Shown piece by piece: positions 35,282-45,631 of a DNA stretch of 64,000 nucleotides (the first letter of the stretch is position 1; each line of letters starts with the position of its first letter). The notes below the pieces were generated by a model. The model saw only the letters and a list, made by a program, of their open reading frames with translations, searched no databases and was not told the origin of the DNA. This DNA comes from an uncultured beta proteobacterium (GTDB taxonomy: Bacteria > Pseudomonadota > Gammaproteobacteria > Burkholderiales > Burkholderiaceae_C), in NCBI GenBank assembly GCA_963698635.1, contig CAVORS010000006.1, positions 720,280-784,279 on the forward strand. The letters run 5' to 3'. The translations under genes and the position numbers were made by a program.

Positions 35282-36787
35282 ATGAGCTCTACCTCATCCT
35301 CAACCGAGGCTTTGACCAGCCGAAGGATCGCGATTACCCGCGCCTCCGATCACCCCGGTCATCCTCTGCGGCGGCTCGGGCACCCGCCTGTGGCCGCTCA
35401 GCCGCAAGAGCTTTCCCAAACAGTTTGTGCCCCTGATCGGCGGCAAAAGCCTGCTGCAGCTCACGCTCGACGCGGGTCAGCGGGCTGGGCCAGCGCGTGA
35501 TGGTGGTCGCGTCTGAAGGCCACCGCTTCATGGTGGCCGACAACATGCAGGGGCTCAGCTGCCCGGCCCAGACCATTCTGGAACCCACCGGCCGCAACAC
35601 CGCCGCCGCCATGGCGCTGGCCGCGCTGCTGGCCGAACAACAGGGCCAGGCCGACGGGCTGATGCTGTTTTGCCCCGCCGACCACCACATTCCCGATGCC
35701 GCCGCCTTTGGCGACACCGTGAAGCAAGGCGTGGCCGCCGCCGAAGGCGGCGCCATCGTCACCTTTGGCATCTCGCCCAGCTTCCCCAGCACCGCCTATG
35801 GCTACATCCAGCAAGGCCCCAAGCGGCCCGATGGCGCCCTGGCCGTTCAAAGCTTCATCGAAAAGCCCAAGGCCGACCGCGCCCAGGCCCTGTTGCTGCA
35901 AGGCGATGTGTTGTGGAACGCGGGCATCTTTCTTTGCCGCGCCAGCGTGTTGCTGCAAGCGCTCGAAGCCCACGCGCCCGACATTCTGAGCGCCTGCCGC
36001 GCCGCGCTGCCCGCCAGCGCCATCGCCGCCGCCGAACACGCCCCGCAAACCACCCAAGACCAGCTCTGGCTGCGCCCGCTGGCCGAGCCCTTCGAAGCCT
36101 GCCGCTCGGAAAGCATCGACTACGCCGTTCTGGAACACCACGCCAACATCGCCGTCGTGCCCTATTTCGGCGCCTGGAGCGATGTCGGCAGCTGGAACGC
36201 CGTGGCCGAACTCAGCCCGGCCGATGGCGACGGCAACCGCCTCGAAGGCCAGGCCATTGCCCTCGGCGCCAGCAACACCTTTGTTCACGCGCCCCACCGC
36301 CCCGTGGTCGCCCTGGGCACCCAAAGACCTGCTCATCATCGACACGCCCGACGCCGTGCTGGTGGCCCACCGCGACAGCGCCGAGATGGTCAAAGAAGTG
36401 GTCGCCAAGCTGGAAAAGCAAGACATCGCCCAGGCCATCATCCACCGCAAAGTGGCCCGCCCCTGGGGCTGGTACGACAGCATCGACCTGGGCGAGCGCT
36501 TCCAGGTGAAACGCATCGGCGTGAAACCCGGCGCCAGCCTCAGCCTGCAAAAACACCACCACCGCGCCGAACACTGGATCGTGGTCAAAGGCACGGCCGA
36601 AGTCACCCGGGGCGCCGAAGTCTTCCTGCTGTCTGAAAACCAGAGCACCTACATCCCCATTGGCGAAGTCCACCGCCTGCACAACCCCGGCAAGATGGAA
36701 CTCGAAATGATCGAGGTGCAATCGGGCAGCTACCTGGGTGAAGACGACATCGTTCGCCTAGATGATCTGTACTCTCGTTTGAGTTAA
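35282..36787 (+). CDS. manC: Mannose-1-phosphate guanylyltransferase / mannose-6-phosphate isomerase (frameshifted)
   Basis: [58 protein letters not shown]. Confidence 0.93.
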
Positions 36788-36935
36788 TCGTCGCTGGCTT
36801 GGCAGAACTCGAAAAAATGGCAAAAACTCCTCTTGCGAGGTATCGGTGCTTTGAGGAAATGCCTGTCCGCTCAAAAGTCCTGGCCACGTTACTCAACCAT
36901 TTTGGATCTCGCTTGCGGAACCAGTTTCATAAGCT

Positions 36936-38017
36936 ATGACATCAACCCACAAGAAAATCTTGCTCACGGGCGGCGCAGGCTACATCGGCAGCCACACGGC
37001 GCTGGCCGTGGCCGAGGCGGGCTTTGAGCCCATTCTTCTCGACAACTTCGCCAACAGCCACCCGGCCGTGATTGAGCGGCTGAAGGCCATTCGACCAGAC
37101 ACGGCGTTTACCGTGGAGCGTGGTGACGTGCTGGACGGCGAATGGCTTGAAGCGGTGATGCGGCGGCATGCGCCTGCGGGTGTTGTGCATTTCGCGGGCG
37201 ACAAGGCCGTGGGCGAAAGCGCGGCCAACCCGCTGAAATACTTCCACAACAACATTGGTGGTGCGGTGAGTTTGCTGCGGGTGATGGAGCGGCTGCAGGC
37301 CGAAGCGGCGGCAACCCAGGCGAAGCCGGCGCCCATGCCCGCGCTGGTGTTTTCCAGCAGCGCCACCGTGTATGGCGACCCGGCGAGTTCGCCGGTGGCC
37401 GAGAGCTTCCCGCTGAGCCATGCCAGCCCTTACGCCCACACCAAGCTGGTGATCGAAGAGATGTTGGCCGCGCTGTGCCAGGCCAACAGCGCCTGGCGCG
37501 TGGGCGTGTTGCGGTATTTCAACCCGGTGGGGGCCCACCCCAGCGGCCTGATCGGCGAAGACCCGAGCGGCATTCCCAACAACCTGATGCCCTTCGTCGA
37601 CCCAGGTGGCGGTGGGCAAGCGCGAGCGGCTGAGCATTTTTGGCAACGATTACCCAACCCCCGATGGCACCGGCGTGCGCGACTACATCCATGTGCAAGA
37701 CCTGGCGCGTGGCCATGTGGCGGCTCTGAGCGCGTTGCTGAGTGGCCAGCCCGAAACCCGCAACTTCACGGTGAATCTGGGTACCGGGGTGGGTTGCAGC
37801 GTTTTGGATGTGGTGAAAGCGTTTGAGACGGCCAGCGGCCGACCCATTCCTTACCGCTTTGAAGCTACGGCGGGCAGGCGATGTGGCCGAGTGCTACGCC
37901 AACCCGGCGCTGGCCAAGCGGCTGCTGGGCTGGGAGGCTCAACACACGCTGCAAGACATGTGCGCCGACGCCTGGCGCTGGCAAAAGGGCAACCCCAACG
38001 GTTACAGCGCCGATTGA
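36936..38017 (+). CDS. galE: UDP-glucose 4-epimerase (frameshifted)
   Basis: [49 protein letters not shown]. Confidence 0.95.
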
Positions 38018-38195
38018 ATCGCCCAAAAAATGCCTTCTCGGTGGCGCTTCCACTCGCCAGTCGCAGAGACAATGTCCTTGGATTTGATCCTTGCGCAAGC
38101 AAGCCAATGCAGTCAAGGATTGCTGCAAGAGCGTTTGCCTGCATGTTACCTGCGCGCTCCCAGCGGATCACAAGCGGTCAAGTTTGGTTTCCAAA

Positions 38196-39002
38196 ATGAT
38201 TGACCTTCACAGCCACATCTTGCCCGGCATTGACGACGGCGCGCAAACACTGGACGTCGCGCTGGCCATGGCGCGTATCGCTGTGGCCGACGGCATTCAC
38301 ACCATGGCCTGCACGCCGCACATCAATCCCGGCATGTACATGAACGATGGTCCGGGCATTCGCAAGGCGATGGCGGTGCTGCAAGCCGAGCTTGATCGCC
38401 AAGGCATTGCGCTAAGGCTGGTGGCAGGCGCGGATGCACACCTTGTGCCGGAGTTGCTCGAAGGACTGCGCGATGGGCGGGTGCCCACACTGCATGGCTC
38501 GCACTATTTCCTGCTGGAGCCATCCCACACCACGCCGCCACCAAATTTCGAAGGATCGGTGTTCAACCTGATCGCTTCGGGTTACACGCCCATCATCACC
38601 CACCCAGAGCGCTTGACGTGGATTGATGGCCACTATCCGGCGTTCCTGAGGTTGATTGACCAGGGTGCATGGATACAAATTACCGCTGGCGCCCTGACCG
38701 GGATGTTTGGCCGGCGCGCTCAGTATTGGGGCGAGCGTTTCCTGGCCGAAGGGCGCACGCACATCATCGCCAGCGACGCCCACTCAGCGAATCGCCGTTC
38801 GCCCAGAATCAGCGAAGCAAGAGACATTGCGCAGCGCTTGCTTGGTGAAGTGGAGGCACAACAGTTGGTGATGGTTCGCCCTCAGGCAGTGCTAGACAAC
38901 CAGCCACCGCACCTGTTTCCGCTTCCTGATCTGCAACCCAAGAAAGGCTCATTCCTGAGCAAGTGGGCTTCAAAGCTGCCATTTATTGTCCAAAAGGCCT
39001 AA
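38196..39002 (+). CDS. CpsB/CapC-family PHP protein-tyrosine phosphatase
   Basis: [32 protein letters not shown]. Confidence 0.92.
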   Translation: MIDLHSHILPGIDDGAQTLDVALAMARIAVADGIHTMACTPHINPGMYMNDGPGIRKAMAVLQAELDRQGIALRLVAGADAHLVPELLEGLRDGRVPTLHGSHYFLLEPSHTTPPPNFEGSVFNLIASGYTPIITHPERLTWIDGHYPAFLRLIDQGAWIQITAGALTGMFGRRAQYWGERFLAEGRTHIIASDAHSANRRSPRISEARDIAQRLLGEVEAQQLVMVRPQAVLDNQPPHLFPLPDLQPKKGSFLSKWASKLPFIVQKA

Positions 39003-39226
39003 ACCCATCCGCAAAATTCACCCTGGGCTGGCTTTCAAAACGCCCTCAATGAGCATCCGGATCCAAAGATGTCATATTCAAGCGCATGCACACATGCGCC
39101 GTGGGGTCGGCGCCAGAAATCGCCCCGCTTCAGACCCAGCCCTTGCGAACCGTGGGTTGTAACACCGCCACCGAGACGAAGCTGGGAATGTTTTGGGCCG
39201 CACTCAAAGCGCCGGTCTAACGGTGT

Positions 39227-40381
39227 TCACCCTCCCGAACGCGGCCACAGCACCCACAGTTGCAATGGCTGCTTGAGGGTTGAGGCTTCCAGGTAGGCCG
39301 GATCGGTCCAGCTGCCCCAGCCGGTGAACAGATCGGCGCGCACCGCGCCCACGATGGCGCCACCGGTGTCTTGCGCCATCACCAGGCGCTGTGCGTTGAG
39401 CGCGCTGCCCTGTGTGGCCAGCCAAACCGGCGTGCCGTAGGGAATGCTCTTGGGGTCGACCGCGATCGAGCGCCCCGGCGTGAGCGGCACGCCCTGCGCG
39501 CCGCGCGGGCCGAACTGGACGCTGAAATCGTTCAGTTGCTCTTCCTTGAAAAACACCGTGCGCGGATTGCTCCAGAGCATCTCGTTGAGCCGCGAGGGGT
39601 TGCGCGCGGCCCAGTCGCGAATGCCTTCCCACGACGCATCGCGGATGGCGCGCTGATCGAGCAACCAGCGGCCCACGCTCTGGTAGGTGTGGCCGTTGTG
39701 GCCGGCAAAGGCCAGGCGCACCTGGCGCTGGCGGCCATCGGGTTCGGTGATGTTGAGCCGCCCGGAACCCTGGATTTGCAACACGAGCGCGTCGATCGGA
39801 TCGGCCAGCCACGCGATTTCGCGGCCACGCAGCTGGGCCTGCACATCGGCCCGGGTGTCGATGTCTTTGCGGGTGTACCAGGCCTGGCCGTTGCGCAGCC
39901 CCGCCGGCGGCGCATAAAGCGGCGTGCGGTGGGTGGCGGTGGGCAGGCGGCTGGCGTTCAGTATGGGCTCGTAGTAGCCCGTGAGCAGGCCGTTGGGCCG
40001 GCTGCCATCGGGTTCATCCACACGGTAGGGCTGGAAACGGCTTTGCACCCAGGCTTGCTGCTCGGCCGCGCTGGCGATGGCCAGTGGTCGCGCTTCGGCG
40101 CACAGGCGCTCCTGGCCCGCCGCCGGCCGCTCGCAGCCCAGCACCCAGGCGTTCCAGGCTTCATGCAGCGCGTCGGCGCCCCAACCGGGCAGCTCGGCCC
40201 AGCGCACCGGTGTCCAGCGGCTGCCGCTGCGCGCGATGGCCGGGGGCAGCGGGCCGGTGTCGCTCAGTGACCCGCCGTCGAATGGGGCATCGGGCTGGGG
40301 CTTCGACGCGCAAGCGACCAGGCTGCCTACAATGATTGCCACCAGGGCCCAGCGCCCTTTGCCCCATCCCGATCTCTTCAT
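39227..40381 (-). CDS. mltA: Membrane-bound lytic murein transglycosylase A
   Basis: Lipobox LVAC; LTGYYEP; LQIQGSG; SIAVDP; AQDTGGAI.G.VRAD.F.G. Confidence 0.93.
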   Translation of the reverse strand: MKRSGWGKGRWALVAIIVGSLVACASKPQPDAPFDGGSLSDTGPLPPAIARSGSRWTPVRWAELPGWGADALHEAWNAWVLGCERPAAGQERLCAEARPLAIASAAEQQAWVQSRFQPYRVDEPDGSRPNGLLTGYYEPILNASRLPTATHRTPLYAPPAGLRNGQAWYTRKDIDTRADVQAQLRGREIAWLADPIDALVLQIQGSGRLNITEPDGRQRQVRLAFAGHNGHTYQSVGRWLLDQRAIRDASWEGIRDWAARNPSRLNEMLWSNPRTVFFKEEQLNDFSVQFGPRGAQGVPLTPGRSIAVDPKSIPYGTPVWLATQGSALNAQRLVMAQDTGGAIVGAVRADLFTGWGSWTDPAYLEASTLKQPLQLWVLWPRSGG

Positions 40382-40538
40382 GCTGCTGTTGTTCCTTGAG
40401 GCGCTGGGCGCCCTGTGTCTGTTGCTGTTCATCGTGTGGTGGACCATGTTTTCGGGCCGCGACAAGGGTGAACTGCCGCCGTCGAAAGACCGCGAAGAGG
40501 ACCCCCCCGCGCCGCCGCCGCCACCGCCGAAACCCTGA
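40380..40538 (+). CDS. Small single-pass membrane protein (52 aa)
   Basis: MLLLFLEALGALCLLLFIVWWTMFSGR followed by a charged/Pro-rich tail. Confidence 0.55.
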   Translation: MLLLFLEALGALCLLLFIVWWTMFSGRDKGELPPSKDREEDPPAPPPPPPKP

Positions 40539-40546
40539 GCTTGGGC

Positions 40547-41353
40547 TCACAGCCGCCGGTGTTGCAGCGAGGGCAACTGCTGGCGCACGCTGTCCAGGCG
40601 CGCCATGTCGATCTCGGCCAGGGCCACGCCAGGGCCCACGGCGTGCATGGCCAGGACTTCGCCCCAGGGGTCGATCACCATGCTGTGGCCCCAGGTGCGC
40701 CGGCCGTTTTCATGGGTGCCGCCTTGCGCGCTGGCGATCACGAAGGCCTGGTTTTCAATGGCCCGCGCGCGCAGCAACACCTCCCAGTGGGCCTGGCCGG
40801 TGGTGTAGGTGAAGGCCGCGGGCACCAGCAGGATTTGCGCAGCCAGTGCCTTGTACAGCTCGGCAAAGCGCAGGTCGTAGCAAACACTCATGCCCACGCG
40901 CCAGCCCTGGCCTGAGCGGTCGTGCATCTCGAAGGCTTCGGTTTTCTCGCCGGCCTGCAGCACCACCGACTCGTCGTAGGCTTCGCGGCCGTTGTCGTAG
41001 CGAAAGAGGTGGATCTTGTCGTAGCGGGTGACGCACTGGCCTTTGGGGTTGTAGGCCAGCGAGGCGTTGGCCGCGTGGGTCGGATCGGGCACGGCCATGG
41101 GCAGCGTGCCACCCACCACCCACATCTTGAGGTCGCGCGCGGCGTCGGACAAGAAGTCTTGCACGGTGCCCAGACCCGGCTGCTCGGCCAGCAGCAGCTT
41201 GTCTTCGTCTTTGTGGCCCATGAAGCAGAAATACTCGGGCAACACGGCCAGTTCGGCGCCGGCCTGCGCGGCCTGGCGCAGCAAGCGCAGGGCTTCACTG
41301 AGGTTGGCATCGAGGCTGATGCCCGAGACCATCTGTATGGCGGCAACTTTCAT
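40547..41353 (-). CDS. Carbon-nitrogen hydrolase (Nit1-like deaminated glutathione amidase family)
   Basis: [27 protein letters not shown] (E-K-C triad). Confidence 0.92.
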   Translation of the reverse strand: MKVAAIQMVSGISLDANLSEALRLLRQAAQAGAELAVLPEYFCFMGHKDEDKLLLAEQPGLGTVQDFLSDAARDLKMWVVGGTLPMAVPDPTHAANASLAYNPKGQCVTRYDKIHLFRYDNGREAYDESVVLQAGEKTEAFEMHDRSGQGWRVGMSVCYDLRFAELYKALAAQILLVPAAFTYTTGQAHWEVLLRARAIENQAFVIASAQGGTHENGRRTWGHSMVIDPWGEVLAMHAVGPGVALAEIDMARLDSVRQQLPSLQHRRL

Positions 41354-41390
41354 ATCGGGTCTCCGTAGGGATCTGCTTGCGCCTTCCAGC

Positions 41391-44300
41391 TTACTGCATG
41401 CCGCCCGAAACGGGTGGGGTGACGGGCGCTTTGCTGGCGGCTTTGCGCTCGACCTTCTCGACCTGCGGGTCGGCCCAGGCGCCGCTGATGTGGAACTCTT
41501 GCGTGGCCGCGCTTTGCAGCGGCTGGCCCAGCAGGAACTGGGCGATGAAGGTGCCCAGGCCCACGGCAGGGTTGATGGCGGTGGCGATCAGGGCCGCGGT
41601 GCCGGCGTTGATTTCAGGCACCACGACGACCTTGAGGTCTTGTTGCTCGCGATCGATGTCGGCACTGCCTTCCATGAGCACGGCGGCGTTCACGCCTTTC
41701 ATCTGCAGGTTGTTGGTTTTGGCGACCCCTTGTTCGATGGTGGCGTCACCACGCACGAAGTCGAAAGCGAAGCCTGCGGAAAACACATCACGGAAATCCA
41801 GCGCCAGGCGGCGCGGCAGCGATTGCAGGCTGAGCACCCCCAGCAGCTTGGCCGCACCGGGTTGCACTTTCAGGAACTGGCCGTTGCGGACGTTGGCATT
41901 GAGCTGGCCCGAGAGGCTGCCGTAATCGAGCGACATGGGCGAGCCAACCCAGCCGATGTTGCCGCGAATGGTGCCCTCGCCGCCGCGCACGGTGGCCGCG
42001 TGGCCAAAGCGTTCGAGCAAGGCACCCGCATCGCGCACGTCGAGCTCGATTTGCAGCGAAGTGCGCCGCGCACTGCTGGCGCTGGCGCCCGGCGCGATGG
42101 CCCAGCTGCCGATGGCGTTGAAGCGCGCTTCGGGCACGCGCAGGTTGAGCTTGGTGAGCTGCCATTCGCGCGCCTGACCGGCCTTGTTCTGGTTCTCGGC
42201 CTGAATGGCCACGAAGCCCAGGTCTTTGCCCGCGAGCGTGAACGCTTCCACCTCGATATCGAGCGCGGGCATGCTTTTGGGCTGCTGCAGCAATTCCTCG
42301 AACTCGGCCTTGGCCGTGGGCGCCAGGTTCAGTTTGGCCAGTCGCGCGTACACACTGCCGGCCGAGCGGCCCGATGGCTGGCGGTACTCCAGGTAGCCGT
42401 TGAGCTGCTCGGCGTCGATGTTGGCGCGCCAATGATTGCCTTCGCGCGACCCCCCGACCACCACGTTGCTGAAAGTGCGCCCGCCCACGAGCAGCGATTG
42501 CGCCCGCACGGCCAGGCTGGTGGGCAGGTAGCGCAGGCTGAGGTCTTCCTCGCCCACGGCGCCGATCATCGCCTCGCGCGGATCGACGCCCGTGATCTGG
42601 TTGAAAACGGCGTCCCAGGCATCGGTGTCGATCTCGCGGAAGCGAATGTTGCCCTGCACGCCTTGCGCGGGCATGGTCACGGTCTCGCCCGAAGACAAAC
42701 CGGCGGCCACACTGCCGCGCAAGACGCGGGGTTCCGGGCCGATCACGTCACGCTCGTAGTCGAGCGTGGCCAGCGGCTGGCTTGCCGGGCCCAGCTGCAG
42801 GAAGAAACGGTCGGTCCGCGCCACTTCGCCCTCGGCATCGGCCACCGCCGTCAACACCTTGTTCTCGTAGCGCAGCGGCAAGGCGGCGCCTGCGGCCTTG
42901 TTGAACGGCGCGGGCAGCTTCATGGCCATGCCCGCCAGATCGGTGTTCACGCTGATTTCGGGCAGGCCCGCGCGAAAGCCGAGCACAGCCTGGTAGGTGG
43001 TGCTGCCATCGGCCAACTCGCTCAGTCGCGAAACCAGGCCCAGGTTGCCATCGCGCAGCCCGGCGGCGGTGGCGGTGCCCTGGCCTGTGAAGCGGATGCG
43101 GGACTGGCCCTGCGGGCTGGGCGCCATGCCGCCAGCAAACTGCAATTCGCCACCGTAAATCTGGGCCTTGGCGCTGGGGATGTTGAAGCCCCGTTCGCTG
43201 AATGCGAGCTGGCCCACGGTGTTGTTCAGGCGCGGCGATTCGGGGTTGATGTGCACATCGTTGCCCGCGAGCTGCACCGTGCCTTGCACGGTGGTGCGGT
43301 CGATCTGCTGCAGCGGCAGCTGCAGCTGGAACTGCAGCTGCGCCGGGCCGCTGATGGTGGCGCGCTGCAACGTTTGGCCAGTGAAAAAATTCACCGGCGA
43401 GGCGCGCACGAAATCGAGCATGCCATTGGCAGGTCCCTGCGCCGTGGCCGATACCTTGAGCAACGGGTCGTTGATCAGGTCGGCGATGGAAGCTTCGCCC
43501 TGGCTCAGGCCCACCGCAGGCGAGCCGTTGGGCGTGGCTTTCAGCTGGCTGAGTTTGAGCGAGGCCCGGTCAAGCACCAACTGACCGCTGACGCCTTTCA
43601 GCGCCGGCCAGGGCGCATCGCTGCCGTTGCGCAGGTAGGTGGGCACGTAATCGAAGTCCACCGACTGCAGCTGCGCGGCGATGCGGAATTCGCCCTTGGC
43701 ACCGGGCTGGTTGAAGGGCATGTCCCACAAATCGCCGCGGATCTTGAAGTCCACCGGGCCGACGCTGCCTCCCTGAACCGACGCCTTCACATAGCGCTGC
43801 GCCAACGGGCCCACGGCGATGGGCAGGTAGCGGTGCACCCGGCTGGCCACGCCACGGGTGAGCCGCCCGTCGAGTTCAAGCAGGCCAGGGAAACGCGATT
43901 TCGAAGTGCTGCTGGCCGGGTCGCTGGTGGACCAGTGCGCATTGACGGTGCCTTCGGTGTCGTCGTTGGCCAGCTTGAGCTGCTCCAGCCAGGCCTCGAT
44001 CTTTTCACCCTGGATGCGCCAGCGCGCCTGGGTGTCCAGGCGGTTGAGCGGCACCAGCGGCTCTTCAAAGATGCCAGGCAGTTCCAGAGCGCCCTGCGCG
44101 ACTTTGACCGAGGCACGCCCGCCAGCCTGGTTCAGGTCGAAATCCACATCGGCACCGCGGATCCCGGGGCGCCCGGGCAGCACATAGCCGCCCGGCTGCG
44201 CGATGCGCTTTTCACCGCCGACCAGAACCAGCCCGTTCACGCGGCCACTGGCTTTGTAGTTGAAGGGTTGCCAGTTCTGGGCGGCATCGACTTCGGCCGC

Positions 44301-45617
44301 GTTTTCGCTCGACGGCGCGGGGCCTTGCCAGCTGGCCTTGAGGCCTTCCACGCGCCCTTGGGGCTGGAGCTTTTGCAGCAGCTCGCGGCTGCCATCGGGC
44401 AGGGGCAGCCGCGTGGCGATGGCAGCGAGCGCAGCGAGATCGAGGCGGTCGGCGTTGAGGGTGTTGCTGGCGGCGTTGCCGCCTTGGGCGCGTTGGTGTT
44501 GCAGGCGCAGTGCACCGCCTGGCCAGCTCAGGCCTTCGGCGGTGCGGAATTCGAGGTTGTCGCTGGCGATGTCAAAGCCATTGCCATCCCACCTGGCTTC
44601 CACGCGGCCGTTCAGCGCATCGATGGCCAGCTCGGGCAAGTTCGGGCCGAGGGTGGTGGCGAGCTTGTTCAGCGACACATCGACCGTGGCCGACACCAGC
44701 TGGCCTTTCTTCAGTTCGCTCCACGCGCGCAGGCCACCTTCACCGGAACGCAAAGCCACACCCCAGCCCGACAGGTCCAGATACGGATGCAGTTGCCCCA
44801 CATTGACCCGGGCAAATTCGGCAAAGAGCTCGCCGTTCCAGTTGTGCCAGGGGGGTTCCCCGGCGTGCGCGCCCACGGCAGACCCGATGTCCAGCAGCGG
44901 CTCATTGAAACGCCCGCGCAGGCTGAAACGCCCGCCACGCTCGGCCGGTGGCGTGGCGTCGAGCTGGAACGCATGGTTGCGCCGGCTGTTGCGCACCACC
45001 AGCCCCACGTCGCTCAAAGCCACGGGAGGTTGTTGCTTCAGGTCGTCGGTCCAGCGCACGGTGCCTTCGCGGATCACGAACTCCGTCTGAGCAAAGAACC
45101 AGTCCGCCACGCGGCTGTCTTCTTCGGCGGGGCCGGAAAAATCGAGACCCGCCACTTCGAAACGGTTGTCGGCGGTGCGCCGGACATCCAGGGTGGGCGC
45201 GTTGATCGCCAGGCGCTCGAAGCCCAGGCGCCACAGTGAGCGCACCGAGATCGCGATATCGACCTGGGGCAGGTGCAAAGCCTCGCGGCCAGCGGGGTCA
45301 TAGAGGCGCACATCGCGCAGCTCGAAGGAAGGCACCAAAGCTGGCAGAAAGCGGCCCACACCCTCGCTCGGGTGGGTTTCGGTCTGGGCCTTGATGGCAC
45401 CGACCTTCACCGAAACCCCGAGCGCCTGCCCCGCCCAACGCTCCAAGGCAGGGCGCGCATCGTCGATTCGCGGCACAATCACCAGATGAATGGCGCCCAA
45501 TGTGAGCGCAAACAAGCCCCACACGGCCAAGACCACCCACAACAACAGCCGTGCGGTCATTGAGAGGGTTCTGGGGAGTCGCGGTGCGGTCGCGAGAGGA
45601 GCCGGGTTTTGATTCAT
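41391..45617 (-). CDS. yhdP: YhdP family AsmA-like phospholipid transporter
   Basis: ~1400 aa; N-terminal TM; LLGVLSLQSLPRRL.LDFRDVF..GFAFD; conserved glnE/yhdP/nitrilase context. Confidence 0.92.
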   Translation of the reverse strand: MNQNPAPLATAPRLPRTLSMTARLLLWVVLAVWGLFALTLGAIHLVIVPRIDDARPALERWAGQALGVSVKVGAIKAQTETHPSEGVGRFLPALVPSFELRDVRLYDPAGREALHLPQVDIAISVRSLWRLGFERLAINAPTLDVRRTADNRFEVAGLDFSGPAEEDSRVADWFFAQTEFVIREGTVRWTDDLKQQPPVALSDVGLVVRNSRRNHAFQLDATPPAERGGRFSLRGRFNEPLLDIGSAVGAHAGEPPWHNWNGELFAEFARVNVGQLHPYLDLSGWGVALRSGEGGLRAWSELKKGQLVSATVDVSLNKLATTLGPNLPELAIDALNGRVEARWDGNGFDIASDNLEFRTAEGLSWPGGALRLQHQRAQGGNAASNTLNADRLDLAALAAIATRLPLPDGSRELLQKLQPQGRVEGLKASWQGPAPSSENAAEVDAAQNWQPFNYKASGRVNGLVLVGGEKRIAQPGGYVLPGRPGIRGADVDFDLNQAGGRASVKVAQGALELPGIFEEPLVPLNRLDTQARWRIQGEKIEAWLEQLKLANDDTEGTVNAHWSTSDPASSTSKSRFPGLLELDGRLTRGVASRVHRYLPIAVGPLAQRYVKASVQGGSVGPVDFKIRGDLWDMPFNQPGAKGEFRIAAQLQSVDFDYVPTYLRNGSDAPWPALKGVSGQLVLDRASLKLSQLKATPNGSPAVGLSQGEASIADLINDPLLKVSATAQGPANGMLDFVRASPVNFFTGQTLQRATISGPAQLQFQLQLPLQQIDRTTVQGTVQLAGNDVHINPESPRLNNTVGQLAFSERGFNIPSAKAQIYGGELQFAGGMAPSPQGQSRIRFTGQGTATAAGLRDGNLGLVSRLSELADGSTTYQAVLGFRAGLPEISVNTDLAGMAMKLPAPFNKAAGAALPLRYENKVLTAVADAEGEVARTDRFFLQLGPASQPLATLDYERDVIGPEPRVLRGSVAAGLSSGETVTMPAQGVQGNIRFREIDTDAWDAVFNQITGVDPREAMIGAVGEEDLSLRYLPTSLAVRAQSLLVGGRTFSNVVVGGSREGNHWRANIDAEQLNGYLEYRQPSGRSAGSVYARLAKLNLAPTAKAEFEELLQQPKSMPALDIEVEAFTLAGKDLGFVAIQAENQNKAGQAREWQLTKLNLRVPEARFNAIGSWAIAPGASASSARRTSLQIELDVRDAGALLERFGHAATVRGGEGTIRGNIGWVGSPMSLDYGSLSGQLNANVRNGQFLKVQPGAAKLLGVLSLQSLPRRLALDFRDVFSAGFAFDFVRGDATIEQGVAKTNNLQMKGVNAAVLMEGSADIDREQQDLKVVVVPEINAGTAALIATAINPAVGLGTFIAQFLLGQPLQSAATQEFHISGAWADPQVEKVERKAASKAPVTPPVSGGMQ

Positions 45618-45631
45618 AGCCACTGCAAATT

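Noticed and set aside
39195-39230. CAAAGCGCCGGTCTAACGG resembling part of a c-di-GMP-I riboswitch
   Set aside because: The upstream GGCAAAC/GNRA stem is missing, and the site lies between two convergent 3' ends, not in a leader.
41067-45239. Very long antisense ORFs (e.g. 1390 aa opposite yhdP; also 910-2562, 28080-29678, 60183-62129)
   Set aside because: Shadow ORFs expected from high-GC codon bias opposite real genes; no recognisable domains.
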